DNA of 64,000 nucleotides from Eledone cirrhosa (taxonomy: Eukaryota), in NCBI GenBank assembly GCA_964016885.1, contig OZ024742.1, forward strand, positions 134,726,001 through 134,790,000, written 5' to 3'. How positions within the stretch are numbered: position 1 is the first letter of the stretch; each line of letters begins with the position of its first letter. Made by a program: the position numbers and the translations under genes. The notes beneath the pieces are model-generated. The model worked only from the letters and a program-made list of their open reading frames with translations. It had not been told where the DNA came from and ran no database searches. Below are positions 15,637-30,811 of the stretch, piece by piece.

Positions 15637-15719
15637 AGCGCAACTGCTGATGAGCCAAGATTTGAGGTTGTAACCACTAACACGGCGAAACGAATTCTTA
15701 GCGAATTTGTACAGGCGCT
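15637..15719 (+). ncRNA. Type I hammerhead ribozyme with full 8-bp stem III
   Basis: AGCGC-aa-CTG, CTGATGA (15647-15653), GCC..GGC, GAAA (15687-15690), CGAATTC-ttagc-GAATTTG, TA, CAG-GCGCT. Confidence 0.88.
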
Positions 15720-16039
15720 GTTTAGTTTATGAGGTAGGTTTTTCATTTTAATTCATCCTTTTAATTATTATGTTTCTCCTATTAGCTTGTATTCTCTTCA
15801 CGCCGGTGGTTGAAATCCTGTAATGAAAACACAACCTCCTGCGTTTTCTACTCTCTATATTGTATATATATATATATATATATGAAAAATTTCATTGGGG
15901 TCCTGAATTATTTCATGTTCCCCACTCTATTACCATAAATATCGAGTACTTAGGGGCGTAATGGTCCACCTGGTATCGCACCATATCCTCTTTGTTATAC
16001 ACACACACACACACAATCACACGCACGCACACATACACA

Positions 16040-16165
<126 letters not shown>

Positions 16166-17861
16166 CGCTACACGTTACCAGTTTACGATAAACTGCAGTT
16201 TTTACATACAGGAATAAAGAGTAAACTTAAAAGAATGGGTCGATGATATTTTTACAGAATTAGGAATTAGTGATAAGATTCAATAATAACTACCCGCCAC
16301 AAATACATCACACACATTTCAACTACCACGAGAAAGGACTCTCAGGGTAACTGAATCTGTTATATAGAGCAGCCATATCACTCACAATTCATTTCTATTT
16401 AACCTTTGTTCTCTCTCTGTTCCGCTCATCTACTTTCTCCTGATTTCTCTCATTTCTCTAACTATGGCTAGATTGTCTACTTCATATTTGGCATCTGGAT
16501 CTTACTTTGGTCTTTCTTTTCCGACTCGGTACGTATCAGACCCATTTTCATCAGCTAAGTAACCCGAACACGTCCCCCGGACGAACGATAGCAGGGATAA
16601 AGAATTATGCGAGAAATATCAAAAGCTATCCAACGTTGAGAGGAGCCTCGCGAGAAAAAAATTGATACCATGACATAGCCGTACTAATATACTACAATAA
16701 AGTACATAATAAGACATTTTCGTTAAATTTGCGCTCATTAAACGATGTTACTATCATCCTAACACAGAGAAAGCAACAAATCTCAAATGTGCAGTCAAAG
16801 TAAAAACAGTACAGTTGGTAATGGCACTTGTGGGTTTGGGGAAAGAAGCCAGCACTATATTTAAGTTCTGAGCGAAGCATTCAGTGATAATACTCGAGAT
16901 AATGCTACTGACTAAACATGAGTGCATATCAAGGTTCTTTCACACCATTTTGTGTGTGGGATTTACAATTTCCTGAAGCAAGAGGTTTAAGACAAACTCC
17001 CTTGAGAATATTTCTACCATTTGGCGAAAGAGAATCATTTTAAACCGCCGGGAACTTAATTAGTGAACCATCATTTCTACTACTATCAGTAACTAACATA
17101 AAACAAGTTGTTGTTTGTCACTCCCTCCCCACCATTTTATGTTTCCTTGCTTAAGTCCCTCTTTCTCTCATTCGGCTTCTCATGTGCCATCTTTCCCGCT
17201 TGCCAGATCAATTAACTCTCAAGTAGTTCTATGCTGTAGAGTATATTGTCCGACTCTCCACCAATACCCCCAATCTACTACCTATATATTTCAAAATATA
17301 GATATATCTTGCGTTTCGTATGCTGTGTTTCTGTTTTCTCAGGAAAACGGACGCGGGTCATGTTAGTTCCTCACAATGTTCTTATGCTTCGAGTTTACAT
17401 GTCCATGACAAAAGATATTTTGTTGAGAACCTTTCTATCAACATTATAGTTTTTTATTTTAGAAGTTTTATTTTACCCTTTGTCAAAGTTTGCAACTTTG
17501 CTGCGCTTCTTTTATAATATATTTTTTATTCTCTTTATATTTTTAAAAAATATCTGCGTTAATATTTAACGCATATTTTCCTTGGCTGCGTGATCGCCAT
17601 TACCTCCGTATTTACTAGCGCCCCGCACCAATACTGCAGTATAAGATGTGTTGGAATACGTGTACGTGAATGTTTACAAAATCTATAATATGAAATGTTC
17701 AAAACAAATTTTTTAACCTAAAGTAAATGGGATGGCCATTGAATTATTTCAAAGCCTTCTAGCGCTAAAATATTCCAAATGAAATTTTTTTTTCATAAAA
17801 CTCAAACGTGACAAATCCTAATTTTCTACGGAGTCACTTCAAAGAAACCCAGTTCAAACCA

Positions 17862-17867
17862 GAACAA

Positions 17868-17898
<31 letters not shown>

Positions 17899-18072
17899 AG
17901 CAATAACAACAACAACAACAGCAACAATAAAATGATGAGAATGATAATAATAAAAATAAAACTGAATAAATAAGTAAATAAATATACAATAAAAATAATA
18001 ATAATAATAATAATAATAACAATAATAATAATAATAATAATATAATACAGCAACAACAACAACAACAACAGC
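17862..18072. repeat. (AAC)n/(AAT)n microsatellite
   Basis: Read directly. Confidence 0.9.
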
Positions 18073-18603
18073 AATGGCATCGTATATTTTACTTGTTTTT
18101 TTATCATGATTGTTTGACAAAGCCATTTATTGTCATCCTATTATGATAACGATATAAAATGATGGCGTCTCTTACAAGAATGTATGTCATGTAATTTCGT
18201 AGCAGCGGTACATTATGGAATGCACTGTTCGACCGCCACATCACAGATTTCATGTGCCACTTATCTGCCGTAGTTATTCATTGTATTTTCCAGCCATTCA
18301 TTCATATGCAAACGTATATACACAGTTGTTCTTCCAAACACGTACAAATGTGTCTCACCCCTCCCGCTCTATTGTATATATATATATATATATATAGAAG
18401 AGAGAAGAGGGAATGTTTGCGTGCGTGTGTATATATATATAGAGAGAGAGAGTCATAAATGTCATTGCTGGGGAAGGCAACGTTTCAGAGCGAGATAACT
18501 CCTAGAATCAGGCCAGAATGGTGTGATGTTCATGCTCGTCTATTATAGATCCTATATAAGTTAGCTTGCCGATTATATACAAATATGTACGTATGTATAT
18601 TAT

Positions 18604-19177
<574 letters not shown>

Positions 19178-19245
19178 GGGGAGAGAGAATAGTGGGTGAC
19201 TGAAATGGAAAGAGAAAGAATACGGTGTCATAGAAAGAAAATGAT

Positions 19246-19309
<64 letters not shown>

Positions 19310-19348
19310 GATATTAATAAATGGAAACTATATTTATAAAACCATATT

Positions 19349-19413
19349 TATTTCATTATACATATTTCAGGGATACCACATTAAATTATGGTATGCCTTC
19401 ATCAGACAAAATA
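19349..19413 (-). ncRNA. Type I hammerhead in a foldback pLTR-like fragment (19305-19660)
   Basis: UAUUUUGU-CUGAUGA-AGGCAUACCA..UGGUAUCCCU-GAAA-UAUGUA-UA-AUGAAAUA. Confidence 0.8.
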
Positions 19414-19689
19414 CAATATATAACAGTGTTACAAATAGCTTTGACGTACCCTTTTAAAATACAACCATTACTTTTGGAGGCTGTCTGGTTGCATTTTAAA
19501 AGTGGTATCCCTAAAATATGTATAATGAAATAAATATGGTTTTATAAATATAGTTTCCATTTATTAATATCGTATATCTACTCCAAAAACTTGTCGAGTT
19601 CTTTATATCAGTTATAAAAATATTTACTTGTTGTATCCCAACAACTTTAAATAGAACTTTTGCATATATATATATATATATATATATAT

Positions 19690-20250
<561 letters not shown>

Positions 20251-20303
20251 TATGTTTGGATTTTAGTCTTCAAATTTATTATTATTACTATTATTACTAT
20301 TAT

Positions 20304-20376
<73 letters not shown>

Positions 20377-20508
20377 TAAGCAAAGAGATATTAAATTGTT
20401 GGTAATTCCACAAATATATTTATAACATATACGAATCACTCGACAGGTTTTCTGGAGTATAATATCAATTATATTAATAAATGGAAACTATATTTATAAA
20501 ACCATATT

Positions 20509-20571
20509 TATTCTATTATATATATATTTCAAGGGTACCAACACTTTGGTACGCCCTCATCAGATAAAATA
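20509..20571 (-). ncRNA. Type I hammerhead, same family as 19349, in a foldback fragment (20380-20790)
   Basis: UAUUUUAU-CUGAUGA-GGGCGUACCAA-agug-UUGGUACCCUU-GAAA-(UA)n-UA-AUAGAAUA. The opposite arm (about 20683-20740) has a damaged core. Confidence 0.8.
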
Positions 20572-21286
20572 CAACATTTTTTTCATAAATAGTGACATAC
20601 CCAGGAATCAGACCAAACGGAACCTGAACTATAAAGGTCTGATTCCTGGGTATGTCACTATTTATAAAACAAATATGTTATTGTATCTGAGAGCGTACCA
20701 AAGTGTTGGTACCCTTGAAATATATATATATAATAGAATAAATATGGTTTTATAAATATAATTTCCATTTATTAATATCATTCATATATATAAATATATA
20801 TATTTAAAACAAACAAAGAAAGTGTGGTAAGAAACCAGGCTGACCATAACGCTCCAGAGTACTCGATACTTAGGGTAGTAGAGTGGGTAATAGGAAAATA
20901 GTCAGGACCCCGAGTTCAGATCCTGCCGTCGAAACAGCCGGAGCTCAGCTGTTGGGGTCTTGACTGTTTTCCTATATATATATATATCACTTCACTTTCT
21001 TAATCATTCTTATTAATATGCTTTTTCCTCCATTTTGATATTCACTTTTAATCTTTCCTGCATTCATTTATATCACTCTATAATATCTATTTGATTCTCC
21101 TATCTCTCCCTTCTCTCATCTTCTGTTATGATAAAGAAAACATTATTTCACGTTACTTGTTTCTCACTGTCTTTTCTTTGTATCTTAAACTTCCAACTCT
21201 TCGTCTAACTCCTTCCATTATGTTTTCTCTATGTTTCTTTCTTCTCTATCTCTCACTTTCTCTCTCATACACACACCCGCTCTCTC

Positions 21287-21321
<35 letters not shown>

Positions 21322-21710
21322 TACATACACACACACTCTCTCTCTCTCTATGTTCTCAATCCAGTTCCTCTTTATATTCCAATCACTACTTCAAGTAATG
21401 CATTGCTCCTTAATTTAATCTCCAAACCTCACCCTCTCTGTAACATTTGCACTTCATGCAATTGCACTCTGTAATCCCTCACACTATACTGCATCAATAC
21501 ACAGCTTGCAGAATGCTCCTATCCGTTGCATACCAACCAACCACCCTGTTTTGTACATTTCGTTGCATACCATATGATCATCCAGTCGTGACAATCTAAC
21601 AACAACAATGATCATATCAAGGTTTAATTTACATCCTCTTCCCATCAGTTTCCACTGACATTCACACACACGCACACATACTCTCTCACCTCCCACCCCT
21701 CTCTCTATCA

Positions 21711-21776
<66 letters not shown>

Positions 21777-23665
21777 CTCTCCCTCTCTCTCCCTATCTCT
21801 CTCTATCCCTCTCTCTCTCACGCACACACAACACACATACTTATATATTCTGTCTCTTTCTCATTCTTGCATTCTCTGTTTATTTCACACGTTCACTTTC
21901 TATTTTCCATTTACACCCTATCGTCTCTTTTTCTATTTCCTCTGCTGTCAATAATTATTGTTATACCTTAACAAGATATACTATGTCCATCCACCAACCA
22001 AATGACATGCAAAGAGTTCAAGCAAACGGGGCCCTCTCTTTATAGAAACAGTAACATGTCTACCAAGCGACACTTTAACCGTTAAAAAAAAAACTAGAAA
22101 GAGCACACTGGATACTGTCTCGGTTATGGCGCCGTAAACTTAACAACGATATCGAAAACAAATTAAAAACTACAATACTAAACACAAACATGGAATACAC
22201 TATCTCTAAAGATAAAACACCATTTGGTAATCTCTGCTTTATTGCTCAGCTTCGAGAATTTGCAGCTAAATGCCTCTCAAGTCAAACGGCATGTCTTAAA
22301 ATGAACATTTTAGATAATGTGGTCGTGGTTTCTCTTCACGATGGTCACAGTTGGAAAGTGTTTGATCACACGGCTTCTCATTCAAGGCTGATATCAGATT
22401 AAAGACGATAATTAATCATTCCATTCAATTTGTGAGATTCTAACTATGAATTCGCTCGGTCTGCTATAAACTCAACGAATCATTGTCTGTTTTAATGATG
22501 AGCAATGAATTTGTCAATTATTGAATTGCCGTGACTCAGTGTGATATAGGTACATGTGACTGTAACATATACATAGTGTGGCATAACCTTGAGGTGGCGG
22601 GTTATAAGTTTAAACCACTGCGTTTCTGACATATTCCCTTCGGCGCAATTTCACAGAATTCTTCTCTAGAAATGTTACTCCCCAAAATTGGGTAACTCAA
22701 TTATAATCAACTCATTTTATCAAGATATCACGCAACGTGATCAAACCTGCAGCTTTTTGATGGAAAATCGCACTTCTTAAACATTGAGATAGAATTAATA
22801 TTAAAATCTTATCCAAACCTATCTTGTACTCTTGTGACGTGAAATCAAGTTGCTTATATTTTCTTGCATTGGTTTTATCTGTAAACCTCAACAGATATCC
22901 AAACTTCCACAAATACTGCAGCAGTGTTAACATTCAAGAATCCGTTGATTATTTTACAACCAACACAAAATTACTACCATAAAACCAAAGTATTGACTTG
23001 AACTGTGGACATCACATAAAACATTATCCCCACCAGCCTTACCAGTATCTTTAGTCTATATTTTCCCATCGGATCATATATATGGCCAAAATGTATCCAC
23101 AGTTATCCCTCTTGTTTCATGACGTAATTCAAATATCACTCACAATCGAATATCACGTTTTCTTAATGCATAACAATATCTGTTTTACATTACAATTCAC
23201 ATTAAAAAGTTTGAATGTTCAAACAAACATAACTCCATCTGTACATGTACCAGAACGTCTACTATGTACACTTACGCTTGTCCCCCATACGTTTTAATCC
23301 CTGAAAATAAATGTCCATATCATTAATCAACTTCGAGTATATTTTGAAAATAGATTATCTGCTAATTGTAGTACGTCGAAAGTGCACGGTTTGGCTGCCG
23401 TTTTTGTTGACGTTATTCTTGTTGTTAATGGTTACACTTTGAAACAGATTCATTTTCATGGCTTCACGTCAAATTTCAAGATCACTGCGTTCATATTGGT
23501 ATTTTAACAAAATCAGATACTGGGGCCTACAAGAGATGGATTCAACCGGTAGATCGATACAGAACCCGTGAAACACAATTTACTGCTCATACTTAAATAT
23601 GGAATGATACGCGATGTCCCCCCCACACACACACACACCACACCACACCCACACACCCCCACACA

Positions 23666-23790
23666 CACAGCCCCGGCGGACAGGATGGAGAAGGCATTTC
23701 CCCGGAGGACGGCAAGGGAGAGGCGCTGGAAAAGCCACTCCAACTCGCGGGGCTCACACATGTGGCTGGCCAGCTCAGAGCCCACTTAGA
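23666..23790 (-). pseudogene. CRE-like RLE LINE C-terminal fragment
   Basis: LEWLFQRLSLAVLRGNAFSIL motif. Confidence 0.7.
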
Positions 23791-23844
23791 GGAGTAAATA
23801 TACAATATATTAACAAATGGAAATTATATTTATAAAACCATATT

Positions 23845-23910
23845 TATTTTATTATACATATTTCAAAGGCCACCAAGGCAAATTATGGTGCGCTTTCATC
23901 ATATAAAATA
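23845..23910 (-). ncRNA. Degenerate hammerhead (C3->A), 19349 family
   Basis: UAUUUUAU-AUGAUGA-AAGCGCACCA..UGGUGGCCUUU-GAAA-UAUGUA-UA-AUAAAAUA. Confidence 0.65.
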
Positions 23911-24342
23911 CAATACAGATTAGTTTTATAAATAAATATTGACATACCCTGAAAAAAGACAACCTTAACGGTTGGAGCTTCCTGGATAGTGGAGATATTA
24001 CATTTATTGAGGGTGATAGAAAGTTATGATTGAGTAGGCAAATGAGTAACCGACTGGTTTAAAATGTAACAGTTTATTTAAATTAAACTGTTGGAAGAAG
24101 GTGATATTGTGAGGGAGAGAGAAACAAGAAAGAAAGAGAAAAAGAAGGAAATAGTGTGAAGAGAGGAGAGCGTGATTATATTTAAGTGAGAGAAAATATT
24201 AGTTATAAAGTACACATACAGCGTAAGTATGTTTACGTGAGAGGAAAGAAGAAGAAACGAAGAAACGAGGGTAGCGTGGAGGAATAATAAAGCAGGATTC
24301 GTTATTATCAAATCACCGTTTTTTTTACTGTCGACCCTACCT

Positions 24343-25280
24343 TCACGTAGCGGCTAACTTTCCTTCTAGATATAATTTACTCACATCACGATTTGATATT
24401 TTCATATGACCATATATTGTAAGTATTCTTGGCTTGATAATTGATGCGATTGGTTTAAACTTGGTAATGTTGAGTAGCTCATTGATAGAGATATGGTCTA
24501 TGACTCGTTTTGTAGTCTCGTGATGTGGTTCTGGAAAATAGAGAGATTCTGAAATTACTCTCGTCCAGTAAAGACCATATAACACAGCTGGTAGGATGTA
24601 ACTGTCAACACTCTGGAGTAGACCACATATACTCAGAATTCATCAAAGCTGAAGGTGAACCAATTATTAACGCACTTTTCAACTGTATTATCATCACAGG
24701 AAAAGACCCAGACATATTCAAGAAAGCATTGATAGTCGAACACTAAAAACAAATGTAGTAGACTTGATTGTGGGAACTATTGTCCTATCAGTCTCTTGAG
24801 TCTTGCAAACAGTTTTTCATGAGTATCATTGCAGCACGAGTGAGGTCAGACCGTAACGCCCCATTTTCTGAAACACAAGCTGCGTATCAACATGGGAGCG
24901 GCACCATTGAGCAGATCCTAGCTAGTGAACAAATCATTGAGAAATTAATAGAATACAACAACCCTGTGGACATCACCTTCATCATTTCAAAAAAGCTTTT
25001 GATAACAGGAAACTAGCCATATTGTGGGAACTCATAAATAAAACCTCAATTAACAAGAAATATATTAACCTGCTGATAAAAACGTATACCAACTAAAAGC
25101 ATATATAAAAAAAATCTGGAAAGTACATGGTGTATAGCCATCTTGAATGGAGTTAAGCAGGGAGGTGTACTCTCAGCACTTCTTTTCTGTATCTAACAAA
25201 CTGAAGGAGAATGCTCCTTCGCTTATCAAATAGATCAAATTTTATCAAATCTTACCTATGCAGCCGATCTGGCTCACTGG
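24343..25280. pseudogene. RTE LINE remnant with internal inversion
   Basis: 24343-24540 (-) encodes the C-terminus (IYGHMK..LYLEGKL; similar to 5150-5626). About 24600-25280 (+) encodes degenerate RT: GVDHIYSEFIK, NYCPISLLS, KAFD, GVKQG, YAAD. Confidence 0.75.
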
Positions 25281-25615
25281 AGTTACTTTGAGACTGGGTG
25301 GGAATGAATATGTGCCTATATCTTAATACATACATCTAGGGTTTACTTAATTTCAGGATCAATATGCTAAGCTTCTTACAATAAGTGAAATAAGGCGTTT
25401 GGTTTTTGTTTTTAAATATTTTTTATGTAATTTGTATCCTTCTAAATTGAATAAGATTTTAGCATACAAATAACTGAAGAAAATAAAACCCATGAAAAAT
25501 GTTCTTTTCAAAGATACTCTGTAATTGAGATGCATGCTTTATGTCCAACATTCTTGCTATAGGTAAAATCGATGTTTCATTGACAACCCTATTCATTATG
25601 AAAAATGTTTATCTC

Positions 25616-25737
25616 CTCTCTGAAGAGAAGGAATATGATCTATAGCTATATATCTACGCCTAAGCATAGACAATGAGAAATGTTTACCAGCACTCCAAAT
25701 AATGGAATACATTTATCTTTAGAAACATATGTAAGAG
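25616..25737 (+). ncRNA. Type I hammerhead candidate with about 95-nt stem II domain
   Basis: CTCT-CTGAAGA (25620-25626)-gAAGGA..TCTTTa-GAAA (25722-25725)-CATATG-TA-AGAG. Followed by AATAAATATGGTTTT as in the 19349 family. Confidence 0.65.
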
Positions 25738-25960
25738 AATAAATATGGTTTTGGATAAAAGAAGTTAAATTGTCCATTAATACTCCCGTTTATAATTGCT
25801 CTGCCTTTATAACTACATTTCCTAACTAATACCTTTTCCTCTTCTAATATTTATATATTATATAAACGCATTGAGCTATTTCTTTTTAAAAACTGGCAAT
25901 GGCATATTATCACTATAATTCTCTACTTTCCTTTGAGAATTGTTTGTTTAACTCTACCTT

Positions 25961-26035
<75 letters not shown>

Positions 26036-26391
26036 AACACAAAGACCCAACCCACTCATTTTCTTCTCACCCGCCGGTTACTACCAAACTTTCATGTACT
26101 CGTGCCTCGTTTTTTTCCCCTTTCCTATCGCTATGTCTTTCTTTTTTTTTTTCTCTTTTGTTGTTTTGTTTTTGTCGCTCTCTTCGTTATCGTCTGTTGT
26201 CTCTCTTCCTGGACAGCGATTCATTTTAGTTATCAATGCACTGCGGTGAGATGTACTACCTTTAATGCGTTTGATCATCAGTGATCCACAGAAGAGAGCC
26301 GACGAGCGGGAATTATCCTAATGTTTGTGTTTCTCTCACGTTTTAAAATAAATATACATTAGTAAGCACACAGCGACGTTCTCACTTTAAA

Positions 26392-26533
<142 letters not shown>

Positions 26534-26965
26534 ATGAAAACAAACGTACTGCGTTGTTGCAAATGGGTTACATATCAATAAAGTTAGTCCTTCATCAGTG
26601 ATCTTCCAACCTTCCTTGGTATTTCATCGATTTAAAAATCATATACCTCCGTTTGGTGCGAGCAACGGCTAAAGAAAGTCGTTGGGACACGTAAGGGGAA
26701 CGAGCGAGACTGTAAACAAACAAAGATGGTAATGCAACGAAAAGTGAAGAAGAAAGAGTCGAGTCCCAGAATTCCATGAATATAAGTTCGGTGAAATTAT
26801 ATATATATATATATATACAAATGATTTCTACATTCAAAGGAAATCATCAGGAAGTCCCATACCTATATACATAGAAATAGGGAGAGAAAGAGATAGATAG
26901 ATAGATAGGGAGAGAGAGAGAAAGAAAGAGAAATATATATATATATATATATATATAGATAGATA

Positions 26966-27040
<75 letters not shown>

Positions 27041-27404
27041 TGTGAGATGTGTGTATATGCGTAATGTATATATAATTTCATGTTAGCTCTACAAGTCTCA
27101 CTTGTGTGTTATCTTCAGGAGCAGGATGTTCCATTGATTAAAAATCATCCTCGAAACCGACGTAGGTTCAGCAAATCATCTGTTTGAATATTTTGAAGTA
27201 TTTTTAATAATTTGGAAAGTGTCGATAAATTAAGTAAAAGAAATGTTTAGCGACACGTGTACTTTGAAACATCCGGGCAATTCACCTTGCTGTCTGGCCA
27301 TTATTGATACATATTAACAGAAATAAAAAAAAAAATACATTATCATAGTAATTTTAATGAACAAGGAAATAGTAACCCTCCACATCTCTTCGTATGATGA
27401 GCTA

Positions 27405-27720
27405 ATAGGCTCCCATGTGCTGGCCGCCCTACAAGCCCGGCGGACAGAATGGAGAAGGCGTTTCCCCGGAGGATGGTAAGGGAGATGCGCTGGAAGACCC
27501 ATTCCAACTCGTGAGGCTGACACCTACGGTTGGCCATCTCCGTGCCTATGGTGGTGAGAAGGAAGTTAGCCCTAGAGCCAAGGACACCAGAAGTCTCCCC
27601 TGCTAAGGGTACGATCGCGAAACTGTCGGAGATCGACCGGTACTTTAAACCCAGTTTTTCGGCAGGAACTCTAGGGGACTGGTATGGTTGTACATATTGC
27701 ATAGACATATGCTCTCACTC
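27405..27720 (-). pseudogene. CRE-like RLE LINE C-terminal fragment
   Basis: EKLGLKY..FAIVPLAGETSGVLG..FQRISLTILRGNA. Confidence 0.78.
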
Positions 27721-27876
27721 AGACGAAAAAGAGACTGTCGTTAACTGTTGTTTTGACTTCCTTTGCTTCATTTTCTTTTCTCTAAACCTTCCACCATACT
27801 GCCTATTATATATGAAAAATTGTATACACATTTGTGTCTGTATGTCAATCTCTCTCTCACACACACACACGCACAG

Positions 27877-28048
<172 letters not shown>

Positions 28049-29195
28049 ACGGTGGATTTTTTTAAAATACGATTTTGAAATTATATGCCATCAGCGCTTT
28101 CTTTTTATGTTAAATAAATTCTCCCCTAATGCATAAAATAAGCAACTCCGTTGGTGAAACAATCTCTACATCGCATTCTTGCTCCGAATATAATTCTGGT
28201 TAGATACCAACAAAATTTTGTTTCAAACATGAACACAACCAAAAACTATCATTTACCAGCAAGCTGATTTGGCATTGAACATATGTAACCGCAAACCATA
28301 TAAATAACCAGAGAACTAAGATCACAATATGACTTATATGCTTCCATAAATACATAAAGACTTCAAATTCTAAAGAAATATTTACATGGCATTAGGGTTG
28401 ACAATTCCCAACTACATACTTATTGAGAAAAAGATAAATACGTTCATCTAAAATAATGGCCATAGAAAACTTCTGAAGTTGATTCTGTATAATACCTTCT
28501 CCAGATAGTTCTTGTATCGAAGAAATACGACATGATTACCAAATCAATGTTGAATGTAATTTGACAAAAGTGTCAGACTACAGCATAATATGTTAAAGAT
28601 TGAGGACAACGAAATGATATTTGATCGTGGAATACGTCTAAAACACTAAAGGAAATAATAGGAATGGTTAAACAGTAAAAACAAATGATCTAACAATGTT
28701 GTTTCTAGATATAAATTGAAAAAAAAAAGAACATTATGTGGCTTGTGCAATTGATGTATGTTATAACAAATCTTTAACAAAAGTTAAATAATTATATATA
28801 TAAAAAGTTTAAAAAGTGTGAGACCAACAAAAGCGACTAAATATATATGGTCATACTTACACCACAATTACAATAAATACAAACATGTCGAAGACTGACA
28901 TGGAACGTCTAGTGTAGATAGAAATTGATATACATATTTGATATGTTTCTGGAACCCTGGAAAGCTGCACCACAAGTTACATAATGGCTATGCAAATCAG
29001 AAATGCAATTCTGTGATGGAAAGGTAGCCTCCGTCTGCTGCAGGTTTCGTTCCGTAATTCCCAACTTGTTTCTGCAGGGAAACATTTAAGCATTCTAGTA
29101 TCGTAGTAAATTCATGTGTCATCATAAGACTTTTCTCCAAAGAGGAAGGGTCAAGTTGGCCGAACTGTTGTAGGGTAAATTTAGGATGTGAACAA

Positions 29196-29731
29196 ATTTT
29201 ACTATACGCATTTCAAAAACAAATATCATCCAGGGACGATATTTGCGTTCTCATCAGATAAAATAGGGAGACATGATAAGAAGAAATAACAAGATGGTTA
29301 AAAAAGTTCCATGTACTTTATTATGCGCATTTCAAAAACAAATTCATCCAGGGACGATATTTGCGTTCTCATCAGATAAAATAGGGAGACATGATATGAA
29401 GCTTAAAAAAGACACTTGTGAGCAAGGTAGTGTCTAAACAACATATGATAAATAAATGTAAAAGGATATAGGAGATTGGAAAAAAGGAAAGGAAGGTGAG
29501 AAAAGTAAGGAAGAGGAAGGAAGGAAAGGAATCTCCTATATACTTTTAAATTTATTTATCAAATGTTGTTTAGACACTACCTTGCTCACAAGTGTCTTTT
29601 TTAAGCTTCATATCATGTCTCCCTATTTTATCTGATGAGAACGCAAATATCGTCCCTGGATGAATTTGTTTTTGAAATGCGCATAATAAAGTACATGGAA
29701 CTTTTTTAACCATCTTGTTATTTCTTCTTAT
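29196..29731. mobile_element. pLTR-like partial tandem plus 200-bp foldback carrying three hammerheads
   Basis: HHRs at 29196-29265 (-), 29314-29383 (-) and 29624-29693 (+): UAUUUUAU-CUGAUGA-stem II-GAAA-UGCGCA-UA-AUAAAGUA. Arms 29276-29477 and 29530-29731. Confidence 0.85.
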
Positions 29732-29828
29732 ATATATATACTCCAGTCCAATAAACTGTTGAGTGCTACTTATCCGATATTTGCATTGCTTTATTGTGCT
29801 AAAATAAAACTCACCTCCTACACACACA

Positions 29829-29864
<36 letters not shown>

Positions 29865-30758
29865 CTCGTGTCTGTGTTCGTGTGTGTGTGTAGAATTGAC
29901 GGCTAGATAGACATAGTTTTATAGATATATAGATATATATCCTTTGTAGATAACATTGGAAAATCCATTAGTTTTAGTAGCTCCGGATTCACAGAGGTCC
30001 TATTAAATACATATATGGATTATGCTTAGAATTGACGTCCTGATCATTGTAGTGGCATGAAACCATTTCAGCTCAAACAATGTCTTTCTTAAAGGTAAGG
30101 AAACAGCCGAAAAGTCAACCGAAATGTGTTATGCGAAAATATGAGCTTATATATATAAGACGTGAATATTTTCAGAGACGTTTTTATATTAAATTATGAG
30201 ATAATAGTTCGATAAATGATTGTTGTTAGGAGATGAAAAGATAGCAGAATATACTCGTTATCAGTGTGAAATGAGACCATTATCTCCATCTATGTTTACA
30301 TACTCTTATTTGAAGGAAACGGCCATAAGTGAATTAAACGACGATTGAATTCAAATCCTCGTTAATGTATATATATATTTATATATATAAATATATATTA
30401 CTACAACATAAATCAAATGCCCTTTAGATTTCAGAGTCCCGTTGGATCAATACAGATCGAACCTTGACCTGATCAATAGCGAAACGAGTGAGACTACTCG
30501 AACGTAATGAATACATAAAAAATCGTCCTTATTATTATTATTAACACCCCCCCACCCCCACACACACACACACATATATGCGTGTGTGTGAGTGTGTAAG
30601 TATGTATATTATGCAAATTCTCCAACAGGTAGAATACAACTATAGCTAAATAATACACGATAAAATATACTCGATATTTATATATTTCGACGATTTAGAT
30701 ATTTTAAAACTACCTATGGACATTTTCAGTAAAATAGCAACAAAGAAAACCTTCTAAT

Positions 30759-30808
<50 letters not shown>

Positions 30809-30811
<3 letters not shown>

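Noticed and set aside
16490-16562. Minus-strand CUGAUGA
   Set aside because: GAAA is not adjacent to a closing stem II.
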